The position numbers and the translations under genes were made by a program. The notes under the pieces are model-generated. The model worked only from the letters and a program-made list of their open reading frames with translations. It was not told where the DNA came from and did not search any database. This document shows, piece by piece, positions 9,428-19,265 of a stretch of DNA of 38,254 bases. Numbering within the stretch: the stretch's first letter is position 1; every line of letters starts with the position of its first letter. Location: the sequence record DRR723986_3020; one strand, given 5' to 3'.

Positions 9428-10282
9428 ATGGCATTGCTGGATGTAGAACAGCCTGGTTCGCAGGGCGCTCGGGATGCTGCCGGGACAATCCTGTCGGTCA
9501 ACAATATCGAGGTCATTTATGACCACGTGATCCTGGTGCTGAAGGGCGTGTCGCTGACGATTCCCAAAGGCGGGATCGTGGCGCTGCTCGGCGCGAATGG
9601 AGCGGGCAAGACGACCACGCTGAAAGCGATTTCGAACCTGCTTGGTGCCGAACGCGGCGAAGTGACAAAGGGCAAGATCCTTTTTGATGGCGAAGAAGTC
9701 CAGGCCCTGTCGCCAAACGATCTGGTGCGCCGGGGATGCATCCAGGTGATGGAGGGCCGGCATTGTTTCGGTCACCTGTCCATCGAGGAAAACCTGCTCA
9801 CGGGCGCCTACACCCGCAAGGACGGGTACAGCGCCGTGAAGGCGGACCTGGAAATGGTCTACAATTATTTTCCGCGTCTGCGCGAGCGGCGTGGCAGTCA
9901 GGCGGGCTACACCTCCGGCGGCGAACAGCAGATGTGCGCTATCGGCCGTGCCCTGATGAGCCGGCCGAAGATGATCCTGCTGGATGAACCGAGCATGGGG
10001 CTTGCGCCTCAGCTTGTGGAGGAAATCTTCGAGATCGTCCGCCAGCTCAACCAAAAGGAAGGCGTGTCCTTCCTGCTTGCCGAACAGAATACCAACGTGG
10101 CGCTGAAATACGCGACCTACGGCTACATTCTGGAATCCGGCCGCATTGTGCTCGACGGCGACGCCAAGGCGTTGCGCGAGAACGAGGACGTCAAGGAATT
10201 CTATCTGGGCGTTGGCGGCGAGGGCCGTCGGTCGTTCCGGAATGTCAAACATTATAAGCGAAGGAAGCGCTGGCTGGCCTGA
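9428..10282 (+). CDS. ABC transporter ATPase, LivF-like
   Basis: GANGAGKTT, SGGEQQM, LLDEPSMGLAP, LLAEQN; start at ATG 9428 after GAGGG. Confidence 0.95.
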   Translation: MALLDVEQPGSQGARDAAGTILSVNNIEVIYDHVILVLKGVSLTIPKGGIVALLGANGAGKTTTLKAISNLLGAERGEVTKGKILFDGEEVQALSPNDLVRRGCIQVMEGRHCFGHLSIEENLLTGAYTRKDGYSAVKADLEMVYNYFPRLRERRGSQAGYTSGGEQQMCAIGRALMSRPKMILLDEPSMGLAPQLVEEIFEIVRQLNQKEGVSFLLAEQNTNVALKYATYGYILESGRIVLDGDAKALRENEDVKEFYLGVGGEGRRSFRNVKHYKRRKRWLA

Positions 10283-10322
10283 CGGGGTTTCAGACACAGG
10301 GCCGAAACAGGCGGAGACGACC

Positions 10323-11561
10323 ATGAGCGACATTCAGTTTGACGCGCGCGAGCGGCAAGACGCCGCTCAGCGCGAACGGGATCTTTTTGCCCGATTGCCG
10401 GATCTTCTGGTCCATGCGACAGGCAAATCCTCCGGGTGGGCCGCACATCTGGACGGATGCGATATTGCTGGCGTTACCGACCGGACAGCGCTTGCGGGAC
10501 TGCCGGTTCTGCGCAAGTCGGACCTTCTGGAAAAGCAGCGGGCACAGCCGCCCTTCGGCGGATTTCTGGCAGGTGAGCTTTCCGGTGCTGCAAGGGTTTT
10601 CATGTCGCCAGGACCTATCTGGGAACCGCAGGCGCCCGGGCTCGATCCCTGGAACGGTGCGCGAAGCCTGTTCGCAGCCGGTTTCCGCAAGGGCGATGTG
10701 GTTCTCAATGCGTTTTCCTATCACCTGACACCGGGCGGCTTCATTCTGGATCAAGGTGCCATTGCACTTGGATGCACGGTGTTTCCCGCCGGCGTTGGCA
10801 ATACGGACAGTCAGGTCGAAGCGATCGAGGTGCTCAAACCGTCCGGTTTCGTCGGCACGCCGGACTATCTGAAGATCCTCCTCGATCGTGGCCGGGACCA
10901 GGGCCGGGATGTCTCCTCCATCAAGAAGGCCCTGGTCTCGGGTGGTGCATTGTTTCCATCCCTGCGCGAGGAATACGAGGCAGGCGGAATTCGTGTCGGA
11001 CAGTGCTACGCGACAGCGGACCTCGGCGTCATCGCCTATGAAAGCGAGGCGAGGGAGGGCATGGTCGTCAACGAGGACTACATCGTGGAGATCGTGCGCC
11101 CGGGCACGGGCGAGCCGGTGGCAGATGGTGAGGTCGGCGAACTGGTGGTCACCAACTTCAACAGCCTCTATCCGCTGATCCGCTTCGCAACCGGCGATCT
11201 GTCCAAGATCATTCCCGGACAGTCGCCCTGCGGACGCACCAACATGCGGCTTGCCGGCTGGATGGGACGGGCAGATCAGCGCACCAAGGTCAAAGGCATG
11301 TTCGTCGACCCGGCGCAGATCGCGCAGATCGTTGCCGCGCATCCCGAAATCAGCAAGGCCCGCCTTGCCGTCAGCCGCATTGGCGAGGCCGATGCCATGA
11401 CACTGACCGTGGAAACCGACGCCTCCGGCAACGGCTTGCCGGAACGGGTTGCGGAAACACTGCGTGAAGTGACCCATCTGAAGGGGGACGTCCTGACCGT
11501 TGCTCCGGGCGGTTTGCCGAATGACGGCAAGGTGATTGCGGATGAACGGGAGTACGGTTGA
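10323..11561 (+). CDS. Phenylacetate-CoA ligase (PaaK)-like protein
   Basis: LPVLRKSDL, YATADLG, GELVVT, PLIRFATGD, GRADQRTKVKGMFV; start at ATG 10323 after GGAG. Confidence 0.85.
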   Translation: MSDIQFDARERQDAAQRERDLFARLPDLLVHATGKSSGWAAHLDGCDIAGVTDRTALAGLPVLRKSDLLEKQRAQPPFGGFLAGELSGAARVFMSPGPIWEPQAPGLDPWNGARSLFAAGFRKGDVVLNAFSYHLTPGGFILDQGAIALGCTVFPAGVGNTDSQVEAIEVLKPSGFVGTPDYLKILLDRGRDQGRDVSSIKKALVSGGALFPSLREEYEAGGIRVGQCYATADLGVIAYESEAREGMVVNEDYIVEIVRPGTGEPVADGEVGELVVTNFNSLYPLIRFATGDLSKIIPGQSPCGRTNMRLAGWMGRADQRTKVKGMFVDPAQIAQIVAAHPEISKARLAVSRIGEADAMTLTVETDASGNGLPERVAETLREVTHLKGDVLTVAPGGLPNDGKVIADEREYG

Positions 11562-11611
11562 GGCTCGGAGCAACGTGCAGGCATGCCTCCGGAGTTAATG
11601 CAAGTTTCAGT

Positions 11612-11716
11612 CTCATCCTGAAGAAGCGCGCAACCGCTGTTTCGAAGGATGGCTGCATACTCCGGAGCAGGTTGCCCATCCGACGGGACGAAGCTGGCGG
11701 CTCTCCTCAGGTTGAG
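11612..11716. repeat. Degenerate REP/MITE-like palindromic element
   Basis: CTCATCCTGAAGAAGC...TTTCGAAGGATGG ... CCATCCGACGGGAC...CTCCTCAGGTTGAG: terminal arms are near reverse complements; resembles the CTCATCCTGAGGAG...TCGAAGGA palindromic repeats of rhizobial genomes (recalled, not searched). Confidence 0.6.
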
Positions 11717-11859
11717 GTCTTTTGTTGTTGCACTTCCGCCTGAAATTCGGTGATCTGCCTGCTCAAATCTGCGTATGACAAATGCCGCATTGGCCTCGGC
11801 ATGTGCTTGGCCTATGTATGGCGTCAGACAGACAGATCGTTTTAGGACCAATCCCGCAG

Positions 11860-12939
11860 ATGACCGTTCAACCGACCGCGCCGATCGCAGCCGACCAGGA
11901 AGCCGCATTCAGAAAACTCGACCTGCCGAAGGACCATCCTTCGGTCAAGAGCGGCAAGGTGGGCGTGCTTCTGGTCAATCTGGGCACACCGGACGGCACG
12001 GACTATTGGCCGATGCGCCGGTATCTGCGCGAATTCCTGTCCGACAAGCGCGTTATCGAGTGGCCCCGGGCAATCTGGTATCCGATCCTCTATGGCATTG
12101 TTTTGATGACCCGGCCAGGAAAGTCCGGCAAGGCCTACGAGGAGATCTGGAACAAGGAAAAGGACGAGTCGCCTCTGCGCACGATCACGCGCAGCCAGTC
12201 GGACAAACTGTCCGAGATGCTGGGCGATGCGGACGGCAAGCTGAAGATCGACTGGGCGATGCGCTATGGTCAGCCGTCGATCCCGGACAGGTTGAAGGCG
12301 CTCAAGGACGAGGGCTGCGACCGGATCCTGATCTTCCCGCTTTATCCGCAGTATTCGGCAACCACCACGGCGACCGTCAATGACGTTGTCTGCAAGACGC
12401 TGTTGAAGATGCGCTGGCAACCGGCGATCCGGACCGTGCCGCCCTATCACGACGACCCGGTCTATGTGACCGCTCTGGCAAAGTCGGTGGAGCGGCATCT
12501 GGAAAGCCTCGATTTCAAGCCGGACGTGGTGCTGACCTCCTATCACGGCATTCCGCAGTCCTATTTCAAACGCGGCGACCCCTATCATTGCCACTGCATG
12601 AAGACGACCCGTCTCATGCGCGAGGTCCTGGGCTGGGACGCCGAGAAACTGCGCGTGACCTTCCAGTCCCGGTTCGGTCCGGAAGAATGGTTGCAGCCCT
12701 ACACGGACAAGACCGTCGAACAGCTGGCCAAGGACGGCGTGAAAAACGTTGCGGTGATGAACCCGGGTTTCGTTGCAGACTGTCTTGAGACGCTTGAGGA
12801 AATTGCCGGCGAAGCCGGGGAGATCTTCGAAGAGAGCGGCGGCGAGAATTTCAGCCATATTCCCTGTCTGAACGACAGCGATCTTGGCATGGATGTGCTG
12901 TTCCATATCGTGCGGCGGGAACTTGGCGGCTGGATCTGA
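11860..12939 (+). CDS. hemH: Ferrochelatase
   Basis: VLLVNLGTPD, YLREFLSD, AMRYGQPS, PLYPQYS, SYHGIP, FQSRFG, WLQPYT, FVADCLETLEEI. Start uncertain (ORF opens at 11782). Confidence 0.96.
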   Translation: MTVQPTAPIAADQEAAFRKLDLPKDHPSVKSGKVGVLLVNLGTPDGTDYWPMRRYLREFLSDKRVIEWPRAIWYPILYGIVLMTRPGKSGKAYEEIWNKEKDESPLRTITRSQSDKLSEMLGDADGKLKIDWAMRYGQPSIPDRLKALKDEGCDRILIFPLYPQYSATTTATVNDVVCKTLLKMRWQPAIRTVPPYHDDPVYVTALAKSVERHLESLDFKPDVVLTSYHGIPQSYFKRGDPYHCHCMKTTRLMREVLGWDAEKLRVTFQSRFGPEEWLQPYTDKTVEQLAKDGVKNVAVMNPGFVADCLETLEEIAGEAGEIFEESGGENFSHIPCLNDSDLGMDVLFHIVRRELGGWI

Positions 12940-13166
12940 CCGGCCGCAAATCCACAGGCGTTTAACCTTGCCAGTGGAAAATACTCGTAAAATTTCGCGA
13001 TACTGCCCATAAGTCACGGCACTGTTTCACGAGCGCCTTAAGTGTTTGTGCGAACAGGGCTAGCGGACGCGTGTCCGTATAGGCTCAACGCCGCAAATAC
13101 GCTGGAAACGCTCTGGTATTCGGCGCATAGTGACGGTGCTATTTTAGAAAATTACGGGAGACGTAT

Positions 13167-14156
13167 ATGCCAATCGCGGGATTTGACATTTTCCTGATCG
13201 GCCTTGTCGTGCTGGTCATTCTGGTCTTTTTCGCCGGCGTAAAGACGGTGCCGCAAGGCTACAATTATACGGTCGAACGTTTTGGCAAGTACCGGAAAAC
13301 GCTGACGCCGGGTCTGAACTTCATCATCCCGTTCATCGACAGGATCGGCCACAAGCTCAACATGATGGAGCAGGTGCTGGATGTTCCGACCCAGGAAGTG
13401 ATCACCCGCGACAATGCGACGGTGAGCGCGGACGGCGTGACCTTCTACCAGGTGCTCGATGCTGCTCGTGCTGCCTACGAAGTGCTTGGTCTTCAGAATG
13501 CTATTTTGAACCTGACCATGACCAACATCCGCTCGGTGATGGGGTCGATGGATCTCGACAACCTTCTGTCCAACCGCGATGAAATCAATGCCCAGATCCT
13601 GCGCGTCGTCGATGCGGCTGCAGAGCCATGGGGCATCAAGATCACCCGTATAGAAATAAAGGACATCAATCCGCCGCGCGATCTGGTGGATGCCATGGCC
13701 CGCCAGATGAAGGCGGAACGCGAGAAGCGTGCCTATATCCTTGAGGCCGAGGGCAAGCGTCAGTCGGAAATCCTGAAAGCCGAGGGCCAGAAGCAGTCGC
13801 TTATCCTGGAAGCGGAAGGCCGCCGCGAATCCGCGTTCCGTGATGCGGAAGCCCGTGAACGCGAGGCGGAAGCGGAAGCCAAGGCAACGCAGCTCGTCAG
13901 TGCGGCCATCGCCTCCGGTGACGTCCAGGCCATCAACTATTTCGTTGCCAACAAATATGTCGAAGCGTTCAAGGAACTGGCAACCTCGCGCAATCAGAAG
14001 ACGCTCATCCTCCCGATGGAAGCGACCTCGCTGCTGGGGGCCTTGAGTGGCATAGGCGCCATTGCCAAGGAAGCGTTCGGTGAAGACGGCTCTTCCAAGC
14101 GGTCGTCTGCGCGCATTCCCAATACAAGCAGTGATCAGGGAGATGAGAACCGGTGA
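13167..14156 (+). CDS. SPFH/band 7 (stomatin-like, QmcA-type) membrane protein
   Basis: N-terminal TM helix, [36 protein letters not shown] coiled coil. Confidence 0.93.
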   Translation: MPIAGFDIFLIGLVVLVILVFFAGVKTVPQGYNYTVERFGKYRKTLTPGLNFIIPFIDRIGHKLNMMEQVLDVPTQEVITRDNATVSADGVTFYQVLDAARAAYEVLGLQNAILNLTMTNIRSVMGSMDLDNLLSNRDEINAQILRVVDAAAEPWGIKITRIEIKDINPPRDLVDAMARQMKAEREKRAYILEAEGKRQSEILKAEGQKQSLILEAEGRRESAFRDAEAREREAEAEAKATQLVSAAIASGDVQAINYFVANKYVEAFKELATSRNQKTLILPMEATSLLGALSGIGAIAKEAFGEDGSSKRSSARIPNTSSDQGDENR

Positions 14157-14608
14157 GTGTGATTGAAAGCACGATCGCGGCCCTCGGGCCCTGGAGCTGG
14201 TTCGTTCTGGGGCTTCTGCTGCTGGGACTCGAGATCCTGGCGCCTGGCACGATTTTTCTCTGGTTTGGCCTGTCGGCGCTTGTCGTCGGTGTCGTGGCTC
14301 TGTTGTTCGATTTCGCCTGGCAGGTGGATGTTGGGCTGTTCCTCGTGCTGTCACTTGTCAGCCTGCTGATAGGACGCCGGCTGATGCAGAAGCTTGCGTC
14401 GGAAAAGGGCGATCCAGGGCTGAACCAGCGCGGCAGCCGTTACGTCGGCCGGGAATTCACCCTTGCCGCGCCTTTGAACGAGGGTGCCGGAAACCTGTCC
14501 ATCGATGACACGATCTGGCGCATTACCGGACCGGACATGCCGGCTGGCACGAAAGTTCGTGTCGAGGCAATTGACGGGGCGCGGCTGGTGGTCTCGCGGG
14601 TCAGCTAG
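14153..14608 (+). CDS. NfeD-family (YbbJ-like) membrane protein
   Basis: [31 protein letters not shown]-fold tail; GTGA overlap with the SPFH gene, a classic pairing. Confidence 0.9.
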   Translation: MSVIESTIAALGPWSWFVLGLLLLGLEILAPGTIFLWFGLSALVVGVVALLFDFAWQVDVGLFLVLSLVSLLIGRRLMQKLASEKGDPGLNQRGSRYVGREFTLAAPLNEGAGNLSIDDTIWRITGPDMPAGTKVRVEAIDGARLVVSRVS

Positions 14609-14661
14609 ATCTCACCGGCATCGTACGCGTTTCCTTTGCAGGGAGCTGTTGCCGTACCGGA

Positions 14662-15519
14662 CTAAAGTTTGTGGCCGGCCGGCAGCGGCGGTTCTTCAGC
14701 CTTGAGCAGAATGCCGATCCTGCGGTTTGCCGCCAGGTAGGGGTCGTTGGGGAACAATGGTTCGGTGTCGGCCTTGCCAACCACTGAGTAGAACTGATTG
14801 TCCGGCACGCCGTATTCGGACAGGATCTGCCGGGCAACATTGGCGCGTTCGCTGGACAGCTCCCAGCCGGTATAGCTTGGATCGATGGACTGGCGGCCGG
14901 CAGTCGTGTGACCTGTAATCTCGATGCGATTTGGCATCTGCGACAGCACAGGTGCCATCTTGGCGATCAGGCGACGGGTGGTCTCGTAAGGATACTTCGA
15001 GCCTTCCCGGAACATTGAGCGCCCGTCCTGATCGACGAGCATGATGTTCAGTCCGTCCTCGGATTCTTCCAGAATGATGTTGCTGGAAATTTCGGTGATT
15101 TCCGGCATTTCCTGCCAGGCCTGGCGCAGCGAGGCGGCAGCCGTTGCGAATTGGCGCGGCTTTTCGATATCGGCTTCCAGCGTGTCGTGCGTGTTGGCTT
15201 CCGGACCCTGTTTGCGCCGCTGTTCATGGCGCACCTGGGAGAAGTCGGAATCCATCTCCTGTTCGACCTGGCTGATATCCTTCATGTAGTCGCGGATCGG
15301 AATGCCCTCGACCTCGATGATACCGGTCTTGCGGGACGTGTCCTTCACACCGAAGGCTTCACGCATGGACCCGGCGACCACCTGAAGCTTTTCCTTGTCC
15401 TGAATGGAAAAGGAAATGATCAGAACGAAGAAGCAGACGAGCAGGGACATCAGATCGGCAAAGGTCACCAGCCAGTCCGGTGCGCCGCCGCCGCCTTGAG
15501 GTTTCTGTTTCTTTGCCAT
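14662..15519 (-). CDS. motB: Flagellar stator B subunit (PomB/MotB family)
   Basis: WLVTFADLMSLLVCFFVLIISFS transmembrane motif; OmpA-like C-terminus with ITGHT, WELSSERA, NRRI. Confidence 0.93.
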   Translation of the reverse strand: MAKKQKPQGGGGAPDWLVTFADLMSLLVCFFVLIISFSIQDKEKLQVVAGSMREAFGVKDTSRKTGIIEVEGIPIRDYMKDISQVEQEMDSDFSQVRHEQRRKQGPEANTHDTLEADIEKPRQFATAAASLRQAWQEMPEITEISSNIILEESEDGLNIMLVDQDGRSMFREGSKYPYETTRRLIAKMAPVLSQMPNRIEITGHTTAGRQSIDPSYTGWELSSERANVARQILSEYGVPDNQFYSVVGKADTEPLFPNDPYLAANRRIGILLKAEEPPLPAGHKL

Positions 15520-15645
15520 CGCGCTGTGGTCGCTCTTTTGTCAGTTCCGGATCAGACTTGGTACGATCGATTGCGATTGAGCCCTTACCAATCGCTTCCA
15601 GGGTTGGCGAACAATCTGCCCGGGTTCATCTGAACGCTTCCTGCT

Positions 15646-16413
15646 CTAGGCCGCGTCCGCCAGTTCGGCGCGCAATTTGTCCGGCAGGTATGCAATCAGC
15701 ATTTCCTTGATCAAGGCCGGGCTCTTGGATTCGCGGATCTGGCAAACACCGTCGATGATCAGCGTCTGGTTGAGATCGTCGACGTCGAATTTCGCATCCA
15801 GCTTGTCCACCAGAGGCAGACAAAGGATGTTGGAGATCAACGCGCCGTAAAGGGTCGTCAGAAGGGCGACAGCCATGGAAGGCCCGATTGCCGCAGGGTC
15901 GTCCATATTGGCAAGCATCTGCACCAGGCCGACCAGCGTCCCGATCATGCCGAAGGCGGGAGCGGAATCGCCAAGTGCCTTGAAAACGCGCTTGCCTTCC
16001 GCGAGCCGGGAGAGTTGCAGGTCACGCTCGCGTTCCATCGATTCCTTGATGAATTCCAGCTCATAGCCGTCCGCAATATATTGCACACCCTTGGCAAGGA
16101 CCGGATCGGAGACGTCCACGTTCTCCAGGCCAAGCGGGCCGGACTTGCGGACGATTTCACCCAGGTTGCTGATTTCGGTAATCAGGTCGCGAGGGCTTGC
16201 GTTCTTGCCCGCAAGGGCAACCTTGAAGCCCGTAACGAAAGCAGTGGCGATGTCGGAGAGCTGGAAACGGATAAGGGTCGCAGCCAGACCGCCGCCGATC
16301 ACGATCAGCATCGACGGCACATCGATGAACTGGCCGAAACTGCCGCCAAGGAAAATAGCGGTCGTCACGATGCCGAAAGCACCCACAATGCCGATTAATG
16401 TCGCCAGATCCAT
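15646..16413 (-). CDS. motA: Flagellar stator A subunit (PomA/MotA family)
   Basis: MDLATLIG start, APAFGMIGTLVGLVQML, IGPSMAVALLTTLYG. ORF opens at GTG 16422; ATG 16413 preferred. Confidence 0.93.
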   Translation of the reverse strand: MDLATLIGIVGAFGIVTTAIFLGGSFGQFIDVPSMLIVIGGGLAATLIRFQLSDIATAFVTGFKVALAGKNASPRDLITEISNLGEIVRKSGPLGLENVDVSDPVLAKGVQYIADGYELEFIKESMERERDLQLSRLAEGKRVFKALGDSAPAFGMIGTLVGLVQMLANMDDPAAIGPSMAVALLTTLYGALISNILCLPLVDKLDAKFDVDDLNQTLIIDGVCQIRESKSPALIKEMLIAYLPDKLRAELADAA

Positions 16414-16477
16414 TCTGTACACACACCAAGGTCTGCGGCGTCAAGCCGATGAAACTTTGGGGCAGTGTAAGAGGCTT

Positions 16478-16496
16478 ATGGCTAATCAAATCCTAA
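16478..16496 (-). promoter_or_regulatory. CtrA-like box upstream of motA
   Basis: Minus strand TTAG-GATTTGA-TTAGCCAT versus consensus TTAA-N7-TTAAC (2 mismatches). Confidence 0.4.
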
Positions 16497-16570
16497 TGAC
16501 GCGCCACTTGCGGGCCGGAAAAGAAACTTTTTCGACCCCGTGAGGCAATATTGCCTGCTTCGGTGAAAGA

Positions 16571-17590
16571 TCAGGCTGCGCCGATGCGAAGAAGATCGTG
16601 CAGATGGACAATACCGACGGGGCGACCGTCCTCGATCACGAACACGGAGGTGATCGACAGGCTGTTGGCCAATTCAAGAATTGAAGCCGACAATGTGTCC
16701 GGAGAAACGGTCTTTGGAGCACGCGTCATGATTTCACCGGCAGATTTTGCCAGGAGATTTGACGAAACATGGCGGCGCAAGTCACCGTCGGTGATGATGC
16801 CGATCAACTGTTTCAGCTCGTCGACGACACCCAGCACACCGAAGCCGCGCTGGGTCATCAGGACGATGCCTTCGCTCATCGAGGTGTTTGCGGACACCAG
16901 CGGCATGCGTTCGCCGGTGTGCATGATGTCCTTGGCCGTTTTCAGGCTGGCGCCCAGGCGGCCGCCCGGGTGGAACACGCGGAAGTCCTGCGCGGTAAAC
17001 CCACGTCCTTCCAGGAGAGCCACAGCGAGTGCGTCGCCGACGGCCAGCTGAATGAGGGCGGAGGTTGTCGGGGCGAGGCCATGCGGGCAGGCCTCGGTGA
17101 CAGCAGGCAGGTTCATGACGATATCAGCTGCACGGCCGAGGGTGCTGTCCTTGCGCGAGGTGATCGCGATCAAGGGCACCTTGAAGCGGCGGGTGTAGCT
17201 GACGATGCCTGCCAGTTCCTGGGTTTCACCCGACCAGGACAGGGCGATCACGACGTCGTCTTCGGTGATCATGCCCAGGTCGCCGTGACTGGCTTCACTG
17301 GCATGAACGAAGAAAGACGGCGTTCCCGTTGACGCAAGGCTTGCTGCGATCTTGGTGCCGATATGACCACTCTTGCCGATACCGGTGATGACAACGCGTC
17401 CCTTGCTCTTTTGAATGAGATCGAAGGTCTTCTGGAACGGGATGGCAAGTCCGTTCTTCAGCGCTGCGCGAACGGCACTCAGGCCGGCAATTTCAGTTTC
17501 CAGGGTCCGCTCTGCGGAGACGAGGCACAGGGACGTCATGTCTGTATTTTCTTCGGAAACCGGGTCGCGCAGAACGGTGGTCATGAACAT
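16571..17590 (-). CDS. kdsD: Arabinose-5-phosphate isomerase, KpsF/GutQ family (SIS plus 2 CBS domains)
   Basis: GIGKSGHIG, EASHGDLG, SWSGET, EACPHGLAPTTS, FHPGGRLG, GIITDGDLRR, HLHDLL. Confidence 0.93.
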   Translation of the reverse strand: MFMTTVLRDPVSEENTDMTSLCLVSAERTLETEIAGLSAVRAALKNGLAIPFQKTFDLIQKSKGRVVITGIGKSGHIGTKIAASLASTGTPSFFVHASEASHGDLGMITEDDVVIALSWSGETQELAGIVSYTRRFKVPLIAITSRKDSTLGRAADIVMNLPAVTEACPHGLAPTTSALIQLAVGDALAVALLEGRGFTAQDFRVFHPGGRLGASLKTAKDIMHTGERMPLVSANTSMSEGIVLMTQRGFGVLGVVDELKQLIGIITDGDLRRHVSSNLLAKSAGEIMTRAPKTVSPDTLSASILELANSLSITSVFVIEDGRPVGIVHLHDLLRIGAA

Positions 17591-17789
17591 AATTCTTTTT
17601 TTATTTAGGATCGCCTAGCTCTATGCCAGTCGCCGACGGGGATCAAGAACCCGTGATCTATTAAATGCATTAGATCAGGTGACTTTATGTAACTTTGTGT
17701 AACCTTCCAAATTGCGAAAAAGAAACGAAGGATTAACCATCCTTCGTCAGGTTGGACCGGACATTCCACGTCGACTGGTCCCGGAATTC

Positions 17790-19253
17790 ATGCGCAGCTT
17801 TCTGCCTCTGATCACTTTTCTTGCCGTTTTGCAGGCCGTTTCCGCGGCTGCACAAACGACGCTTGACGATTTGCGTGGATCGGACGACCCAGGCGGGGCG
17901 CAAGAATCAGCAGACCCTTCCGATCAGGCAGCCCAGGCGGCAGACCGCAATCCTACGCAGGCAAATGTCTTTTCCCTTCGTTCGACACTGAATTCGGCAA
18001 CGGCGGAAACCGGATCGAGCGGCCTTGGAACCAATGGCAGAGCCACTCCTGTCAGGCCATTTGCCGACAGGATTGCAGCTGTCGACAGGGCGGTTCCTCT
18101 ATCGGACAGCGGTATCGACGACAGCGTTTTTGGCGGAGATACGACCTTCGATGCGGCACAGGGGATCCGGCTCGGGTCCTTCACGCTGACGCCCCAACTG
18201 ACCGTCTCGACAGGTTGGACCGATAACCGGTCACAGGCGGCAGACGGAACCTCTGGCAAGTTCTACCGGATTTCTCCCGATGTTTCGCTGACCTCGAACT
18301 GGTCACGCCATCAGCTGGACACGTCACTGCGAGGTTCCTTCACCGGATATCCCGGTGATACCGACGACAACGAGGCGAATGTCTTTGCGGCGGCAAACCT
18401 GCGGCTCGACATCAGCGAAGCGACACAGGTCACGACCAGTATATCCTACACGCTCAGCCAGGAGGACGACGGCAGCGCAGAATCGGCTTCCGGGACCGAC
18501 TACGATCACGAACTTTCGGGAAGCCTCAGTGGTACGCGCGCAGTCGGCATCGTTGCCGCAACAGCTTCGCTCGGCGTCGACCGGAATTTCTATACGTCGG
18601 AAAGCGGCTCGGAATCCGGACGTAACAACACGCTCTACTCCGCCAGCCTGCGGCTGGACGGCAATACCGGCAGCGTGTTTTCCCCGTTCGTCGAGGGGGC
18701 GCTGCTTCTGCGGCGCTATGACGATACCTGTAGCGACGCCTTGTGCGAAAAACGAAATGCCAATGGCTATCAGGTCATGGGTGGTGTCACCATCGCATCC
18801 GGCCCCAAACTGACCGGGGAACTCGGTGCGGGGTGGCGGATCGAGGACATTGAGGATGACAGGCTTGAAAACCTGTCAGGCCTGATTGCCGACGCCTCTC
18901 TGGTCTGGTCGCCAAGCCGCCTGACGACGGTTACCGCTGGTCTTGGCACTTCCTTCGAGGCAACCGATATCGACGGTGCCAGCGGTTCGATCATCTACTC
19001 CGGCGACCTGCGCCTTGCTCATGCCTTCAGTGATCGTCTGGTGGGCGAGACCGGTGTCGGTTACAGTTACCGGACCTATGAAGGTGTTTCGATCGAAGAG
19101 CGTACCCTGACAGGGTTTGGCGGTCTGACCTTCGCTGTGACGAAGAACATTGCGGTAACGGCGGATTATACCCATCGTCGTTTCGACAGTTCCCAGCAGG
19201 GGAACGACTATTCCGAAAACGCTGTTGAAGCCGGGTTTAGATTGCGGCATTAA
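17790..19253 (+). CDS. Outer-membrane beta-barrel protein (BBP2-like, polysaccharide-export-associated family)
   Basis: Signal peptide MRSFLPL...AAA, low-complexity N-terminus, GIRLGSFTLTPQL, SNWSRH, LVWSPSRLT and alternating beta-strand pattern to the C-terminus. ORF opens at 17712. Confidence 0.8.
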   Translation: MRSFLPLITFLAVLQAVSAAAQTTLDDLRGSDDPGGAQESADPSDQAAQAADRNPTQANVFSLRSTLNSATAETGSSGLGTNGRATPVRPFADRIAAVDRAVPLSDSGIDDSVFGGDTTFDAAQGIRLGSFTLTPQLTVSTGWTDNRSQAADGTSGKFYRISPDVSLTSNWSRHQLDTSLRGSFTGYPGDTDDNEANVFAAANLRLDISEATQVTTSISYTLSQEDDGSAESASGTDYDHELSGSLSGTRAVGIVAATASLGVDRNFYTSESGSESGRNNTLYSASLRLDGNTGSVFSPFVEGALLLRRYDDTCSDALCEKRNANGYQVMGGVTIASGPKLTGELGAGWRIEDIEDDRLENLSGLIADASLVWSPSRLTTVTAGLGTSFEATDIDGASGSIIYSGDLRLAHAFSDRLVGETGVGYSYRTYEGVSIEERTLTGFGGLTFAVTKNIAVTADYTHRRFDSSQQGNDYSENAVEAGFRLRH

Positions 19254-19265
19254 CGTCACGGTAAC
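19250..19265 (+). promoter_or_regulatory. CtrA-like box upstream of the lytic transglycosylase
   Basis: TTAA-CGTCACG-GTAAC: one mismatch to TTAA-N7-TTAAC, overlapping the barrel gene stop codon. Confidence 0.5.

Noticed and set aside
12580-12600. HCHC motif in HemH as an unusual metal site
   Set aside because: GDPYHCHC-like sequences are ordinary in alphaproteobacterial ferrochelatases; nothing else supports novelty.
14662-16422. motAB pair as Zorya ZorAB or ExbBD/TolQR
   Set aside because: The A subunit has no long ZorA tail, no zorC/D/E genes are adjacent, and the motifs match flagellar stators.
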